From contig NIVC01000997.1 in the NCBI GenBank assembly GCA_002269645.1, positions 310,001 to 374,000 on the forward strand: 64,000 nucleotides of DNA, in the 5' to 3' direction. This document shows, piece after piece, positions 1-14,033 of the stretch. This DNA comes from Macrostomum lignano (lineage: Eukaryota). How positions within the stretch are numbered: position 1 is the first letter of the stretch; each line of letters starts with the position of its first letter. The translations under genes were made by a program, and so were the position numbers. The notes under the pieces were generated by a model. That model made no database searches and was not told the DNA's origin. It worked only from the letters and a program-made list of their open reading frames with translations.

Positions 1-3000
1 TAAATCGTAGCCATTCGAGTGCAGAGTTTTGTAGGCGTGCGCCTGAGTGCAGTCGCGACCGGCGGAGGCGGCTGCCAGGCCAAGGCCAGGTTGGCGAGTG
101 GCGCTACTGGCGTCCATGGCGCGGGCCAGCGTGCCAACGGCGCGGGACACCAGCAGATATCTGGCGCGAGTGTGGGAGTGCGCTCCATGCAGTATTATGG
201 ACCATGCCTAATGGATTATGGACCATGCCTAATGGATTATGGACCATGCCTAATGGATTATGGGCTATGCCTAATGGATTATGGGCCATGCCTAATGGAT
301 ATGTGGCGACTCTTAATGGGTATTAAGCGGCATTTTTTAATTTGTTAATAGATAACCGATTTTAATTTGCACAATACTACTATGAATAGGATTTAAATGG
401 CAATTTTTTCATGCGGATTAAGGGCCGGCTTCTCAATGAAGATTAAGAAACTATACTTAACTGGGATTAATTAACAAGCGAACCTCTTGAGGCTGAGCCA
501 CGATTATACTATATGATTAAGATCAAAAGGCAATTCTAAACAGTAGATAAGTCTTCCGTCTGCCTGCAGTCCCTATTAGCTGATCATTACCTATCTATAT
601 CGCTACTCTGCAGTCCATTGTCCGGACGCCAGACCAGCTCCTCTAAGCTGGCCGAATCCTCTCGACCATCTGACTCGCCCTGGGCCAGCAGCGGCTGCAC
701 CTCGGCCTGGTAGCGCCCGCCAACCCGGATCTCGCCTCGGTCGGCTAGCAGAGTCTTCTGCGAGCTGTCGTACATTAGCGTATAATAGAACGCGTCCTCC
801 CGATTCAGATAAGACATTAACGATTCCGTCTCGTTCAGCAGCGTCACCGAACACTTTCCTCGAATAGTAGTGGCCGGCAGAGTTTCAACTTGCCGCGACA
901 GGAACAGTTCCCGGTGCTTTAATTGGTGCCGCTGCGAGTCGGACAAGCCGCTATTGCCGCTGCTACCGTTGCTATTTGTGTTCGAGTCGCCTGCAGCCGT
1001 GGCAACTACACCATCGACTGGTTTGTCCTTGTCGCTAGCGGATTCAGGCGTCTGAGCCGAATTTGAATCTTCCTCTTCGTCGATGTAGCCTGATGGTAAA
1101 ATAGGAATCGTTGTCAGGTCCCCGATGAATGATCCCAAATCCCTGCGATTCTAGTCCCCAATCCCCGATGCATGATCCCAAATCCCTGCGATTCTAGTTC
1201 CGAATCCCCGATGCATGATCTCAAATCCCTGCGATTCTAGTCCCCAATCCCCGATGCATGATCCCAAATCCCTGCGATTCTAGTCCCCAATCCCCGATGC
1301 ATGATCCCAAATCCCTGCGATTCTAGTCCCCAATCCCCGACGCATGATCCCAAATCCCTGCGATTCTAGTCCCCAATCCCCGATGCATGATCCCAAATCC
1401 CTGCGATTCTAGTCCCCAATCCCCGATGCATGATCCCAAATCCCTGCGATTCTAGTCCCCAATCCCCGATGAATGATCCCAAATCCCTGCGATTCTAGTC
1501 CCCAATCCCCGATGAATGATCCCAAATCCCTGCGATTCTAGTCCCCAATGCCCGATGCATGATCCCAAATCCCTGCGATTCTAGTTCCGAATCCCCGATG
1601 CATGATCCCAAATCCCTGCGATTCTAGTCCCCAATCCCCGATGCATGATCCCAAATCCCTGCGATTCTAGTCCCCAATCCCCGACGCATGATCCCAAATC
1701 CCTGCGATTCTACTCCCCAATCCCCGATGCATGATCCCAAATCCCTGCGATTCTAGTCCCCAATGCCCGATGCATGATCCCAAATCCCTGCGATTCTAGT
1801 CCCCAATCCCCGACGCATGATCCCAAATCCCTGCGATTCTAGTCCCCAATGCCCGATGAATCATCCCAAATCCCTGCGATTCTAGTCCCCAATCCCCGAT
1901 GAATGATCCCAAATCCCTGCGATTCTAGTCCCCAATGCCCGATGCATGATCCCAAATCCCTGCGATTCTAGTTCCCAATCCCCGATGCATGATCCCAAAT
2001 CCCTGCGATTCTAGTCCCCAATGCCCGATGCATGATCCCAAATCCCTGCGATTCTAGTCCCCAATCCCCGATGCATGATCCCAAATCCCTGCGATTCTAG
2101 TCCCCAATCCCCGATGCATGATCCCATAATCCCTGTAATTCTAATCCCCCATCCCCGATGCATGATCCCAAATCCCTGCGATTCTAGTCCCCAAATCCCT
2201 GATGCATGAACCCATAATCCCTGCGGTTCGAATCCCCAATCCCCGATTCATGATCCCATAATCCTGGCGACTCTCATCCCCAATCCCCGATGCATGATCC
2301 CAAATCCCTGCAATTCAAATCCCACAAAACCTGGTTCTAAATTCATATCATACAATTATAATCCCCCAATCCCCAATGCATGATCCCAAATCCCTGCGAT
2401 TCTAATACCGAATTCCCACTATTCCAATTTGAAATCCACGATACATGGAAGCTGAATCAGCTCTTACTTGTATACGTATTAGTCAAAATCTTACTGAAAA
2501 ACTAAATGGTCAGAATCTTAATTAACAATGCCAGATTATAGGATAAATCTTGACTGAACGGTATAAATTTACAATCTAGAAAAGCTTATCAACTGTCTGA
2601 CAATTATAGCGTGGGCGTACAACTATAAATTTTATCAATTAAATAAGATAATTTAATATGCTTAGTGCGCGAACTAGACAAAAATATAAGCTATTAAGGT
2701 TTTTAATAATCGGGTAAATATTATTAGTGTACTAGTAAATGCAGAGATGTTAGTATTCTTAAATTTGTCTACAACTCCATAGAAAAAGTTTGAATAAGCA
2801 GGATTTGTAAAATTTAAGGCTCTCTACGATTTACTAGACCTCAATACTAGAAGTTGAAATATATAGTAAAATAACTGGATACTCTAATGAATTAGAAAAT
2901 TCGCTCACTCTGATGCTTGTCTGCCAGGCTGACGAGGGTGTTAGACACGTCCCTACGCCTGTAGAAGCACATAACTTTAGCTTCAACATTGCCTGTTGGA

Positions 3001-4869
3001 GTTTTTGTTAGCTCTTCGATTCGACGAATCTGGTAGGGCGCTGTTGCAGATGTCTCGAAATAGACGTAGTCTGAAATGTTACATAATATAGGATGTGCCA
3101 TGTATGATTAGGTTTTGTGAATAATAATGTTGACAAAACATAGCGATGAACAGATCAGGGAGGGTAGCAGAGCAGGGATAGATCTAAGATCAGGGAGGAT
3201 AGCAACAACAAGGATAAATCAGGGAGTAACGGTATAGGTTAGAGAGGGTGACATGGATAGATCAGGGGAGGTAGCAGGGATAGATCAGGGAGGGTAGCAG
3301 GGATAGATCAGGGAGGGTAGCAGGGATAGATCAAAGGGTGGCAGAGATATGATAGATCAGTGAAGGTAGCAAGGATAGACCAAGGAGGATAACAAGGATA
3401 GGCTAAGGGGGGAGGTAGCAGGGATAGATCAGGGAGGGTAGCAGGAATAGATCAACTAGTGTAGCATAGCAAGGATAGATCAGAGGGTAGCAGGGATAGA
3501 TTAGAGAAGGTAAAAGATAGATCAAAGGGTGGCAGAGATATGATAGATCAGGGAAGGTAGCAAGGATAGACCAAGGAGGATAACAAGGATAGGCTAAGGG
3601 GGGAGGTAGCAGGGATAGATCAGGGAGGATAGCAGGGATAGATCAGGAAAGGTATCAGGGATAGATCAGGAATGGTAATAAGGATAGATAAGGATTAAGG
3701 AAGGGTAATAAAAATAGATCAAGAAAGATAACAGGCATAGAACAAGGAGGGTAATAGGGATAGATCAGCTATAATAATTAAGATGGTTAATATGGCAAAT
3801 AGTAATAGTAGCACAACTAGAAATTTGTCAAGGAGGAGGCAATTTTGGCAAAAATTCACTAGGTCCCCCTTTGATTTTTTGTCTCTGCTAACTCTAAGAC
3901 AGGGGGGCAACTGCCTCTCCACATTTGGTTGCACTTGCATCACTGAATAGTAAAGAAAACAGTTTATGTAAAGTTTTATTTTAAAATAACGTAAGACCTA
4001 TCATTGATATTGTTTATTAGGCCTATAAAATAAAATTTTTTTAAAAATCTAAGCCTCAAATAAATCATAAATTTACAAGATACATGTATTATTTTAAGAT
4101 TTGTATAAGCTAAAAAATAGTATATCAGATCTAAATATGTAAAATTTAAATATATTATATCATGACATAAGGCATTACAAAATTAACTTTTAAAGATATG
4201 ATAGTTAATTTTTTAATTTTTTTAACAAAATGAATATTTTTATTTAAATATTTATTTCTCTAAATTTAAGTCAATCCATGTTTAAATTTGTTATTGGCAT
4301 TTACATTTTATGATTAAATAATTTATTTTAAAGTTTAAAATTTCATACCTAATTTTGACTTTTTGTTTCTGATTTTAGGCCTAGATTTGGCTAGAAATTT
4401 CTATTTAGACCTATTAGTATTAGTCCTATTTTATGTTTCTATTTCTAGGCTCTATACAGGCAGCAAGCTAGTAGCTGCATGTCATGTGTTTTATACACTT
4501 GGCTTTGCTCAAATAGCAGTACCCTACCCCAAGCACAAGCTCTAGCCCTGCGTTAAACAATTGTGCATTAGCTGTTGGCCAGACACGGGGCTCGCTTGTG
4601 CGCATAGGCTTTAAACCTCTTTGAGGCTCTCTACGTGCTCTAATCAGCAGAATAAAATTGGACTAAACGATGGATTCGAGATGTTTATTAGCAAAAATAT
4701 CTAAACTGGCTAATAAGAAAACCGTTTTAAGGATAAAGAATTACTATAACAGCATTGAAAGTAATTTTCTGTAGAATGCATCACATAAGTTCTGGATAAA
4801 GATAAAGTAATGCATGCGAACAGCAGAAATGAGGCTCTTACCTCCGACACGGTACATGTTGGCCGCCAT
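1..4869 (-). CDS. MTA1: Metastasis-associated protein MTA1-family (NuRD subunit; BAH + ELM2 domains), 5' part; the gene continues off the left edge. Exons 4869-4842, 3070-2909, 1089-591, 160-<1
   Basis: Spliced translation: MAANMYRVG|[43 protein letters not shown]...[31 protein letters not shown]...[18 protein letters not shown]...DIDR|[19 protein letters not shown]. This matches the MTA N-terminus as I recall it. All introns are GT-AG with consistent phases (1,1,2). Confidence 0.95.
188..300 (+). repeat. 21-bp minisatellite (ATGGATTATGGACCATGCCTA), ~5 copies, in MTA intron 3
   Basis: Direct tandem repeat; explains the spurious MDYGPCL ORF. Confidence 0.9.
1125..2420 (+). repeat. 43-bp minisatellite (CCCTGCGATTCTAGTCCCCAATCCCCGATGCATGATCCCAAAT), ~28 copies, in MTA intron 2
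   Basis: The unit recurs at 1141, 1184 and onward and degenerates after ~2150. A degenerate relic also occurs at ~5895-5960. Confidence 0.95.
3150..3720 (+). repeat. Degenerate purine-rich repeat (GGGATAGATCAGGGAGGGTAGCA-like), in MTA intron 1
   Basis: Repeated GATAGATCAGGGA motif. Confidence 0.85.
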
Positions 4870-5964
4870 TTTGTCGACTTTTGGATGTTCCAGAGTAATT
4901 AAGGATTAATATTACAAATAATAACTGTTAATACTGTCTTCTTCGATGTGCTCTACTGCCTCTTTGAATAATTAAGCATTTAAGAAGCAAATTTATATCT
5001 TCGATTTGTCTTCCTCGAGATCACGTGACCTAGGGTTGTTCCTCCGATATAGCAATAGTTTTCAATACTGTCGCTCTAGTATGAAGGCTCTCTTTTTATA
5101 CTAAAAACTGAAGTTAACGTCACTGACAGGCGGGGGGGGGACCAACCGCCTCCGCCTGAGAGCTTTTGTGCACACTTTCCCTACGAGCTATCAAACAATT
5201 ATAGGACGGGTATTACTACATACTCTAGAGCAGCTTCTTAGCTGATTTTGAGGGTGTTGGGTAAAACTGTCTGCGCATTTAGGAGGGGGGGTGGTTCTCT
5301 TTTAAGTCTCTGATGTGCCTTGCGCGATGTTTAGAGCCCAGGTCGGGTGTTATTTTTTGGACCACCCCAATTTCCTGAACCTGTTAGAATAATCCTATTG
5401 GATTTCGTGTACATTTCTTACAGAGATAAAAACTGAAAAACATGTAATAGAAAATCTGAAACGGTCTGTGTATATTTTTGCTTGACGTTTCATGCTCATT
5501 TCAAATTATTATACCATGCAGGCTCGAATATTGCTAAGCTAAAGTTAAGGTCTGCAAAGTTTCGCAGCTTTATGTGGCTTGTAATTTGGCTTTTGAAAGT
5601 TGATAATACTACTGTACATGTAAATCTTAATTCATACGTACTAATGTAAATTTTAATATCATACACAGTTAAATACTTTCTCATTCGACAAAGAACATCG
5701 TGAGACCCGATCCGTTGGTCTTTTGGAGGGGCCGCTGACCCTCCGCGGTGCTTCGATGACCCAAAACTTGACCATGTAAAATTTGCATGAGGTGGATTCA
5801 TTGCGCATTATTCCCAGGTAGTTCTTCTCCGAATTTTGTTTGTTTAGTCACTTTCTCAAGCAAATGTCAAATGACTCAGAATTTCAAGGAACCCCTCCCC
5901 AATGATCCCAAATCCCTCCTACAATTCTAATCCCCAATCTTCGATGCATCATCCCAAATTCCCC

Positions 5965-6235
5965 TTGTGCTGACGTCCCTAGCTAGTGCTGGCGCCCCTT
6001 GTGCTGATGTCCCTAGCTAGTGCTGGCGCCCCTTGTGCTGATGTCCCTAGCTAGTGCTGGCGCCCCTTGTGCTGACGTCCTTAGCTAGTGCTGGCGCCCC
6101 TGATGCTGGCGCCCCTGGTGCTGGCGCCCCTGATGCTGGCGCCCCTGGTGCTGACGTCCCTAGCTAGTGCTCGCGCCTCTTGTGCTGACGTCCCTAGCTA
6201 GTGTTGGCGCCCCTGATGCTGGCGCCCCTGGTGCT
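5965..6235 (+). repeat. 35-bp/18-bp tandem repeat (TGCTGGCGCCCCTTGTGCTGACGTCCCTAGCTAG)
   Basis: Direct tandem copies visible. Confidence 0.85.
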
Positions 6236-6339
6236 TGTGTATATTTAATTGATACATGGCTCACTAGCCGAAGCTCATTCAAAAGGCCTCCAATCTCTAT
6301 GCAGATACAAGTACATGCATTACATGCACCACAATACAT

Positions 6340-6560
6340 GCACACAGTACATGCACCACAATGAGCGCCTGGGGCACCACAATGAGCACCCGCGGCACCA
6401 CAATCTGCGGCGCCAAAATGAGTGCCTGCGGCGCCAAAATGAGTGCCTGCGGCACAAAAATGAGTGCCAGCGGCGCTAAAATGAGGGCTGACAACACCGA
6501 TTATGAAAATATGTACATATTGCATTTGTACCCCCACCATAAAATCCATGGTGACGCTCC
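6340..6560 (+). mobile_element. MITE-like dispersed repeat end with 21-bp subterminal repeats (AAAATGAGTGCCTGCGGCGCC); second copy at ~20485-20636
   Basis: Both copies share the 21-bp repeats and the terminus CCCCCACCATAAAATCCATGG(T/C)GACGC(T/C)CCT. The end resembles the CTACGCCCCTTG terminus of the 56400 MITE. Confidence 0.55.
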
Positions 6561-7982
6561 TATAAATCACTACGAATAGTAAAATCAACAAAGATACAAA
6601 CAAAAGACAGTACAAAACATATTCTATTTCAGATTATATATTTTTATTCCAGTTTCAAAGAGGTCTGAATTTTGTGCGTTTTTATTTTAATAATAGCGTG
6701 AACGGTAAAAATTAAGCGGTCAAATGTAAGTATTTTATATCGAAATTTGACAACAATAACAAGTTGCATAAGCAATACAAATTTCTAAAATTCAAATATG
6801 CACATGCATATTTTTAATCGCTTCAAAATTTTCGGTGATCAACAAGCATATAGATGATTCATAATAGATTAATGTATTAATTTGACATTTCAAAACAAAA
6901 TTATCAGCCGAGTATTGTGTTCACAGGGGCATTGCAAAACTGCAAAAAATTTGGACTTTTGCATGCATAAGTTACATTAATCAATCAAGATAGTATTTTA
7001 ATGGAATGCTTACTACTTGCAATAAGCAATTTATAATTAACGGACTCAATAAACGGCTAGATAGTATAGGAATACAGACTCGGCTAAATACAATTTGCGA
7101 ATTAACAAAAAAATTGATTATGATTAAAAACAAGTAAAAAACTGAACTTTTGACCAACTAATTTTGCAATTATAAATGGTGAAAATAAATATTGAAATTA
7201 TTAAATACAAGCATAACGCAGTTAAACTAAAGAATGTTAAAATAGAAAAACAAAAGCAGAACTTAAATTTTTGGTGGTGGTACACTTGCACACATTTGAC
7301 TGCAACAAAAAAGTAAAGTACTTGTCTTTAAAACACTTTTCAAGAAACAGAGTACTTCATCCTACAATTCTTGTTGGTCCCATTAACACTGAACGGTGGC
7401 TACTGGACCCGCAATTATATAGAACATATTGCAACAAGTCAAAATACTGTACAAGGATTTAAAAAAAATTAATCGTAATTGCGTGAAATCACATGATCCC
7501 TACTATAATTAAATAATTTTTATAAACAATGTTATTGCCAAAAAGTCACCGAAAAAATGAATAAAATAATGCAAATATGACACAAAATGGAATGTAAGTT
7601 GCAGGGACTACAAATTTTCAGGAAATGTCTTCCCCAGGAAGAAGACAAAAAGCAACAACACCACCATAGAAAAATTACACTTTATTCTTCGAAAATCTTT
7701 GCATCGAAATTAAAAACTTGTCAAAATGGAATGCCAATTGATGTTGCGTTGCACAGCCCGTGTGATTCGAAATAATCAAGTCAATTTTAGCTAGAAAAAA
7801 TTGCGAAAATTTGCAACAAAAGAATTCTATATAGAAACGCTCTCACTATGAGCTAAATGATAACATTAGAAACAGCATATAAATGTGGCATAAGTTGAGC
7901 TAGCTCGTATGAACACTAAGTTAAATTGTTTTACCGAATGTCATCAAAGCAGTGTGAAATACGCCAAAACAGACATGAAAAT

Positions 7983-10900
7983 CTACAGCAGATCATCGCT
8001 TGCGTTTGACGTTGCGCGGCTCTGCAAGTAAGAGATTTTAGATTTAGGATAACTATTATAGATATACATTATTAATTCATCACTGTCGCTCCACTAAGAC
8101 TGCTCCTAGCGACTGTCACTCCCGCTCCTAGCGACTGTCACTCCACTAAGACCGTCCTAGCGACTGTCACTCCCGCTCCTAGCGACTGTCACTCCACTAA
8201 GACCGTCCTAGCGACTGTCACTCCCGCTCCTAGCGCCTGTTATTCCACTAAGACCGTCCTAGCGACTGTCACTCCCGCTCCTAGCGCCTGTCACTCCACA
8301 AAGACCGCTACTAGCGTCTGTCACTCTACTAAGACTGCTCCTAGCGTCTGTCACTCCACTAAGACTGCTCCTAGCGTCTGTCACTCCAGTAAGACTGCTC
8401 CTAGCGTCTGTCACTCCACTAAGACTGCTCCTAGCGTCTGTCACTCCACTAAGACTGCTCCTAGCGTCTGTCACTCCACTAAGACTGCTCCTAGCGTCTG
8501 TCACTCCAGTAAGACTGCTCCTAGCGTCTGTCACTCCACTAAGACTGCTCCTAGCGACTGTCGCATCACTGAGACTGCTCCTAGCGTCTATCACTCCAGT
8601 AAGACTGCTCCTAGCGTCTGTCACTCCACTAAGACTGCTCCTAGCGACTGTCACTCCACTAAGACTGCTCCTAGCGTCTATCACTCCACTAAGACCGTCC
8701 TAGCGCCTGTCACTCCCGCTCCTAGCGCCTGTCACTCCACAAAGACCGCTACTAGCGTCTGTCACATCACTAAGACTGCTCCTAGCGTCTGTCACTCCAC
8801 TAAGACTGCTCCTAGCGTCTGTCACTCCACTAAGACTGCTCCTAGCGTCTGTCACTCCACTAAGACTGCTCCTAGCGTCTGTCACTCCACTAAGACTGAT
8901 CCTAGCGGCTGTCACTACACTAGGTCCGCTACCAGTGCCTGTCACCAAATCACTGCTACAGGGCTTGTGTAGCACAACCTAAGAACATCGAAGTTCACAG
9001 ATCAATATATAGACTCACCGACGGCCTATTAAACGCGCTAGTAGGCAGAATACTAACGCTACCAGTGCGCGCCATCATCATCATTGGCTGGCCACCGCTG
9101 CCGCCACCGCCGCCGCTTGAAGCGAGAGCCCGACTACTACCGCCGATAACTCCGCCGCGACCCCGGCCGCTATTAGCCTGCGGTCGCATATCTCGCGGAT
9201 GCAGCCGATTTAAACTATGAAACGAGCCGTACTGGGAGCCTTTCAGACTGGGAAGGCTGGCCGACATGCGTTTAGTCAAGGAACGATCGAATGTGCCAGA
9301 ATGGCGCAGGGTGCCGCCCTCAGTTCGGTACTGATGCATCGTACGGCCAGAGAATCGGTGGCTACTATTGCCGCGAATGAAATTTAGGGAACTGCGACTG
9401 CCCGATTTCTCTAGTTGGGCCTCTTTCAGACGGAAGAATGCGTGATTCTCGATGGCGATCTTCCACAAACGTTTGGCCCACCTTGGATTATCAATTAATG
9501 AATGAGGGGAAATCTTAATATTTTAAATGCATGAGATTAAGAGCCAAAGTAGCTTAGATATGTACAGGTTCGATTCACGGTTTGTCGCACGATATTGTGT
9601 CTAGAGCAGGAGTCGGAAAACTTTTTTACCTCAAGGGACGGATAGAGAACGTAGATAATGACTGCAGGTCGTATGAGGGAAGAGAGGAGAGGGAATGAAG
9701 AAGAGAGAAGGGAGATAAGAGAAAGGAGAGGCGAGAGAATAAAGGAGAAGAGAGGAGTGGAGAGAAGAGAGAGAGGAGATAAAGGAGAGAGAAAAGAGGA
9801 GAGTGAGATGAGGAGATGAGGAGAGGAGGAGAGGAGAGAGAAGAGAAGAGAAGAGAGGAGAGAAGAGAGGAGAGAGAAGAGAAGAGAAGAGAGGAGAGAA
9901 GAAAAGAGAGGAGAGGAGAGAAGAGAGAAGAGAAGAAAGGAGAGAAGAAAGAGGAGAGGAGAGAAGAGAGGAGAGAAGAAAAGAGAGGAGAGAAGAGAGG
10001 AGAGGAGAGAAGAGAAGAGAGGAGAGAAGAAAGAGGAGAGGAGAGAAGAGAGGAGAGAGATGATAGAGAAGCGAAGAGAGGAAAGAAGGGAAGAGAGGAG
10101 AGGAAAGAAGAGAGAGGAGAGAGAAGAGAGAGGAGAGGAGAGAGGAGAGAAGAGGAGATAGGAAGAGAGTAGAGAGGAGATTAGAGAGAAGAGGGCTGAG
10201 AAGAGATATAAACATTGAGCGGGCCAGATTGCTATTTTGAAGTTCCAAAAGACCCGATGGCCGGATAGAGAGGCTCTGCGGGACGCCATGGTCTAGACTA
10301 GAAGCAACAATGAGTCAACTAAAGGAATTCTCAGTTCTTGGGATACCAAACAGCTCTTGGGATTCTGAATTCTTATAACTAATAATTTATGACACAATTA
10401 TTGACCAGTCTCACTTGTGATTCATCATCTTGAATCCGACCACAGCTTCAACGTTGTCGTACAGATCGGAGCGAATCTTCAAATAGAACAGATTCTTCCT
10501 ATAGGAGATGCGCAATATTTTCGGCCAAGCGAATCGGGATATTCTCATGCGATCTTTGTACACCAGGACGCCGCCAAAGCAGACGCCAATAGTAATGTCA
10601 ACGTCATCCAGATCGCGAGCCGGATGCAAGTCAACGCCGTAGAATTCTAATCGGCGAGCAGTTTCCAAATAGCGCAGGTCGGCAACCTCAGGCGTGACGC
10701 CCTTGTGACCGCGGTGCAGCTCCGCTATCTTGCGAACCAACTCGGGCGTTTGATTGTGCACGAATTCGAAATTTTGCAAATAATCGATATTGTCAACTTC
10801 GCCGTGTTCAGCTAGATCGTAGTCGCCTAATTCAGACTGTACTTGAAATGAGCCTAACAAAGCTTGGGTAACCCAGGTGCAAGGCAGCTTGCCGGTGTAA

Positions 10901-12844
10901 ATGTCCTGCCTAACCTGCAGGCACAGCTGGTAGCGAGTCACATCAGCGAATAGCATGTTCGGCTCAGGCGGATAGAACTTCACCTGTCAGAGTAATGAAT
11001 TGTTTTGACATAGATTTTGATTATTTATGATAAACATCAGCATATTAATCCATATTTAAAAACAAGTTTAGTAAGCGAAGGGCAGCCCAGGGAGCAGTCG
11101 GACAATGCAAGCGAATACGTCAGCTTAGAGCAAAAAAATCCAAACTGGATAAGCAAGCCCCTTTGGGGCTCTCGACCTGAATCAAAGTCCAAGTCAGCAA
11201 GAAAAGTCTCAACTAACATTCTATTATAATACAGTAAAATATTTAACTCTGTGATTAGGAGTATAATTTTATTACTAATAATGGTGAAAAAATTATGATA
11301 AATTTCATAATCCAATAGCACTAATAATAACAAAAATATACCCTAATCCTCAAATGTACACCAGCATGTATTTTGCAAGATTTTTGCTCCCAAATAGAAT
11401 CTATCTACGCCTGCCAGGAGTGTTTTTATCGTGCATCTCAGTGATTTAGAGGTCGAATGCGGATAGTCTCAACGTTAGAAGAAACTTAATTGCGATCTGA
11501 AGCCTTAAATTATAAAGATAAAACTCTATAATAGTGGGTCATACGTAAAGAAGACAATTCATGGTTTATCATGTGTGAAACTAAGAACAAAACTCCTCGA
11601 GAGCCTCAGCAGTCGACAAAAGCACGATTTTAAATCGTTGTTTACAACGTTTGCCAACGTAGAGAACCTCAAAAGGAGTTGGAGTTTCGAAGAAATGGAT
11701 GCATACGCGCATACTAGACTACTGCAATAAGTAGGCGAGTCAAGAATATTTTCACTTTTTTCATGCAGGAAATTCAACACAAACCTGGAAATTCAACAGC
11801 CTGTTATCGCAATGTTTAAGCTGTTTAAGAACTTTTTTCTCGTTATCCAACCAAAACCACATGCGTTCCTTGGCGTCAACATAAGTCAAGCCAAAATAAT
11901 CAGTCTCTTGAACGTCGATGTGTTCGCAAACTCGCGCCATTAGCTCCGCTCCCGTGGCTTTTCTAGGCAGCGGTACGCCAATCTCTTCACCATCCAGTAG
12001 AATGACGCGAACCTCAGTGTCCGGCACTGTTCTAACACCAGCCTGCATCAGACGCTGCTGTTGCGGTTGCGGCGGCTGAAGCTGCTGCTGCTGTTGCATA
12101 GATCCTGGCGGCAATCTAGGATCCAGCGTATTACCAGGCGTGGCATTCTCGTTAGCATTGAACATGCTCGGATTTGAGCGCCACTTGCCCTGCTCAGCTA
12201 GGCCCGGCTGTTGCTCAGCGGAGTCGCTAGGAACTCCCTGCGGCTGTTGCTGTTGCGGCCGCTGTTGCTGCCTCTGCGAAGTCTTACGCTTTGAATTGCG
12301 AAACGACGAGAATAGGCGACCAAGTAGGCCGCCGCCGCCTTTGCGACCTTCCGGAATTGGCGGCTGTTCGGCTTCGGCTTCCACTAATTCAGAGAAGCGC
12401 TGCTCCGGATCGGCTGGGTATTGCTGCTGGTCGTCTGGGTATTGTTGATGCTCCGGGTACTGCTGATTCTCATCTGGGTACTGCTGATAATTTCCTGGGT
12501 ACTGCTGCTGGTCGTCTGGATACTGTTGCTGCTGCTGGTTGTAACGATCCTGTGAAAGGTATTGAATGAAATCATTGATATCCAGTACCTTCAGTGACTC
12601 ACACAGTGCCACTGCAGTAGACATAAACCTTACAGTAGATCACTGGAGCAGCAAAACCGATGCTAAACTTACTTGGTAGTATGGATAGTCGTTATTAGCA
12701 ACTCCAGGCTCATCAGCATTATGCTGCTGCTGCTGCTGCTGCTGCTGCTTCTGAAGCTGTCTATCTTCATCTTCGCTATCTTCCAGAGTGTCGGCGATAT
12801 AACGATGCAAAGACATTGGATCGGCGGGATCTGGTTGAACTGGC

Positions 12845-12897
<53 letters not shown>

Positions 12898-14033
12898 CGG
12901 CTGTGGTGGTGGCACGCCTCTACGACCTATAGGATATAGAAAGGGATAAAGGGATAGACACAAACGATTTTTAGTAATAATGGGAGTGGAAATGAACGGT
13001 CAAGAACGTCTAGCTCTGTGCCTTGTGGGTTGGCTCTTATGGGCGCGAATTGCACAAGCCCTCAGACGTCTGAGTTGCTCTGCTACCCAAGCAACTTTTG
13101 TTAAACTAAAAAATACACATAATTTCGTGACGAATGTGCATGCGTACCATAAGGTTGTTGTTGCGGCTCCTCGCGCGGTTGCTGCTGCTGCTGCTGATAA
13201 AGAGGCTGATGATTCCAACGATTTAAACTGTTGTTTTGCGGAACAGCCTCGTCTGGTACGTCTTCATCATCTTCGTCGTCATAGTTGTCCGGTTCAGCTG
13301 GACGCTGCTCAGCTGGATGGCGCATGTCCTCGGCTACGTCCCAGCGTTTCAACGGCTGCTGCTGCTGCTGCTGTCTACCGCGATAATCGTCGCCAGAAGA
13401 TTGCTCGTCGGAGAAATCGTGACGCACTGGAGGCTGCGACCTCTGTGGCGGAGGTGGCGGCTGCGGCTGGCTGACGGGCTTCGGCGGCTTCGGCTTCACA
13501 GCGGGAGGCGGTGGCTTCGGCTTAGTCGCCGGCTTCGGCGGCGGCAGCGGCGGAGGCTGCGGCTGCCTGACAACGTGACGTTCAACAATTTCAATGACGT
13601 CCTCGTGCTCGGAGTCGGACAGCGGAACTGGCGGATTCTCGATCACCCGCTGCGGCAGTCGATCGTCTGGAATATCGTCGATAGCTGGAACAGCTGCAGC
13701 TGCGGCTGCTGCTGCGGCCTCTTTGGCCGCCTTCTTCTCGCGTCGACGTCTTCGACGCTCCTCGCGTTCCTCCGGCGTTTCGTCCTCTCTATTAGTGTGA
13801 TGCTTCGATTTTTTGGACTTCTTCTTTCTCTCGCCATTCTCGGGTGCGTCCACTGAAGGCGAGTCAACTCCTCCATCTGCGGATTTCTTGCGTCGAGACG
13901 AGGAACGACGACGCTCGCTGGCCTCCTCTTCGCCTTCGTCGGCGCGATGATGCCTGCGAGAGGACTTCTTCTTGGCGCGACGGACCTCATCTGAGGGGGC
14001 ACCAATTTCTGGCTCAACCATGGAGCTTGCCAT
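7983..14033 (-). CDS. EPB41: Protein 4.1/coracle-family FERM-domain protein with a long low-complexity N-terminus. Exons 14033-13148, 12926-12673, 12549-11785, 10983-10415, 9481-9019, 8021-7983 (last exon tentative)
   Basis: FERM-N (VRVILLDGE...ETDYFGLTY...WLDNEKKVLKQ), FERM-M (VKFYPPEP...TRYQLCLQVRQDIYTGKLPC...ALLGSFQVQSELGDYD), FERM-C (RFAWPKILRISYRKNLFYLKIR...KRLWKIAIENHAFFRL) and a FERM-adjacent RFSGRT motif. GT-AG phases 1,0,0,2,0 are consistent. The symbol is family-level only. Confidence 0.88.
8085..8960 (+). repeat. 30-bp minisatellite (TGTCACTCCACTAAGACTGCTCCTAGCGTC) in the last intron of the FERM gene
   Basis: Direct tandem repeat; its VTDARSSLSG ORFs are interrupted by stops. Confidence 0.9.
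9670..10290 (-). repeat. (GA)-rich low-complexity tract plus a dispersed-repeat segment shared with 52735-52900
   Basis: CAGAGCCTCTCTATCCGGCC...AATAGCAAT followed by a CT-rich tract occurs here on - and at 52743 on +. Confidence 0.75.

Noticed and set aside
1125-2420. 43-bp repeat as a CRISPR array
   Set aside because: The units are contiguous with no unique spacers, the context is a eukaryotic intron, and there are no cas genes.
5110-5460. Possible piggyBac-like MITE upstream of MTA
   Set aside because: TTAA plus a G-run start is suggestive, but I could not find a matching second terminus.
8259-8975. VTDARSSLSG repeat as a coding exon of the FERM gene
   Set aside because: It is interrupted by stops, and a cleaner terminal exon exists at 8021-7983.
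9537-10289. Leu/Ser-rich 250-aa membrane protein ORF
   Set aside because: It is the translation of a CT/GA low-complexity tract inside an intron.
13236-13856. Plus-strand ORFs overlapping FERM exon 1
   Set aside because: These are antisense shadows of a GC-rich low-complexity exon.
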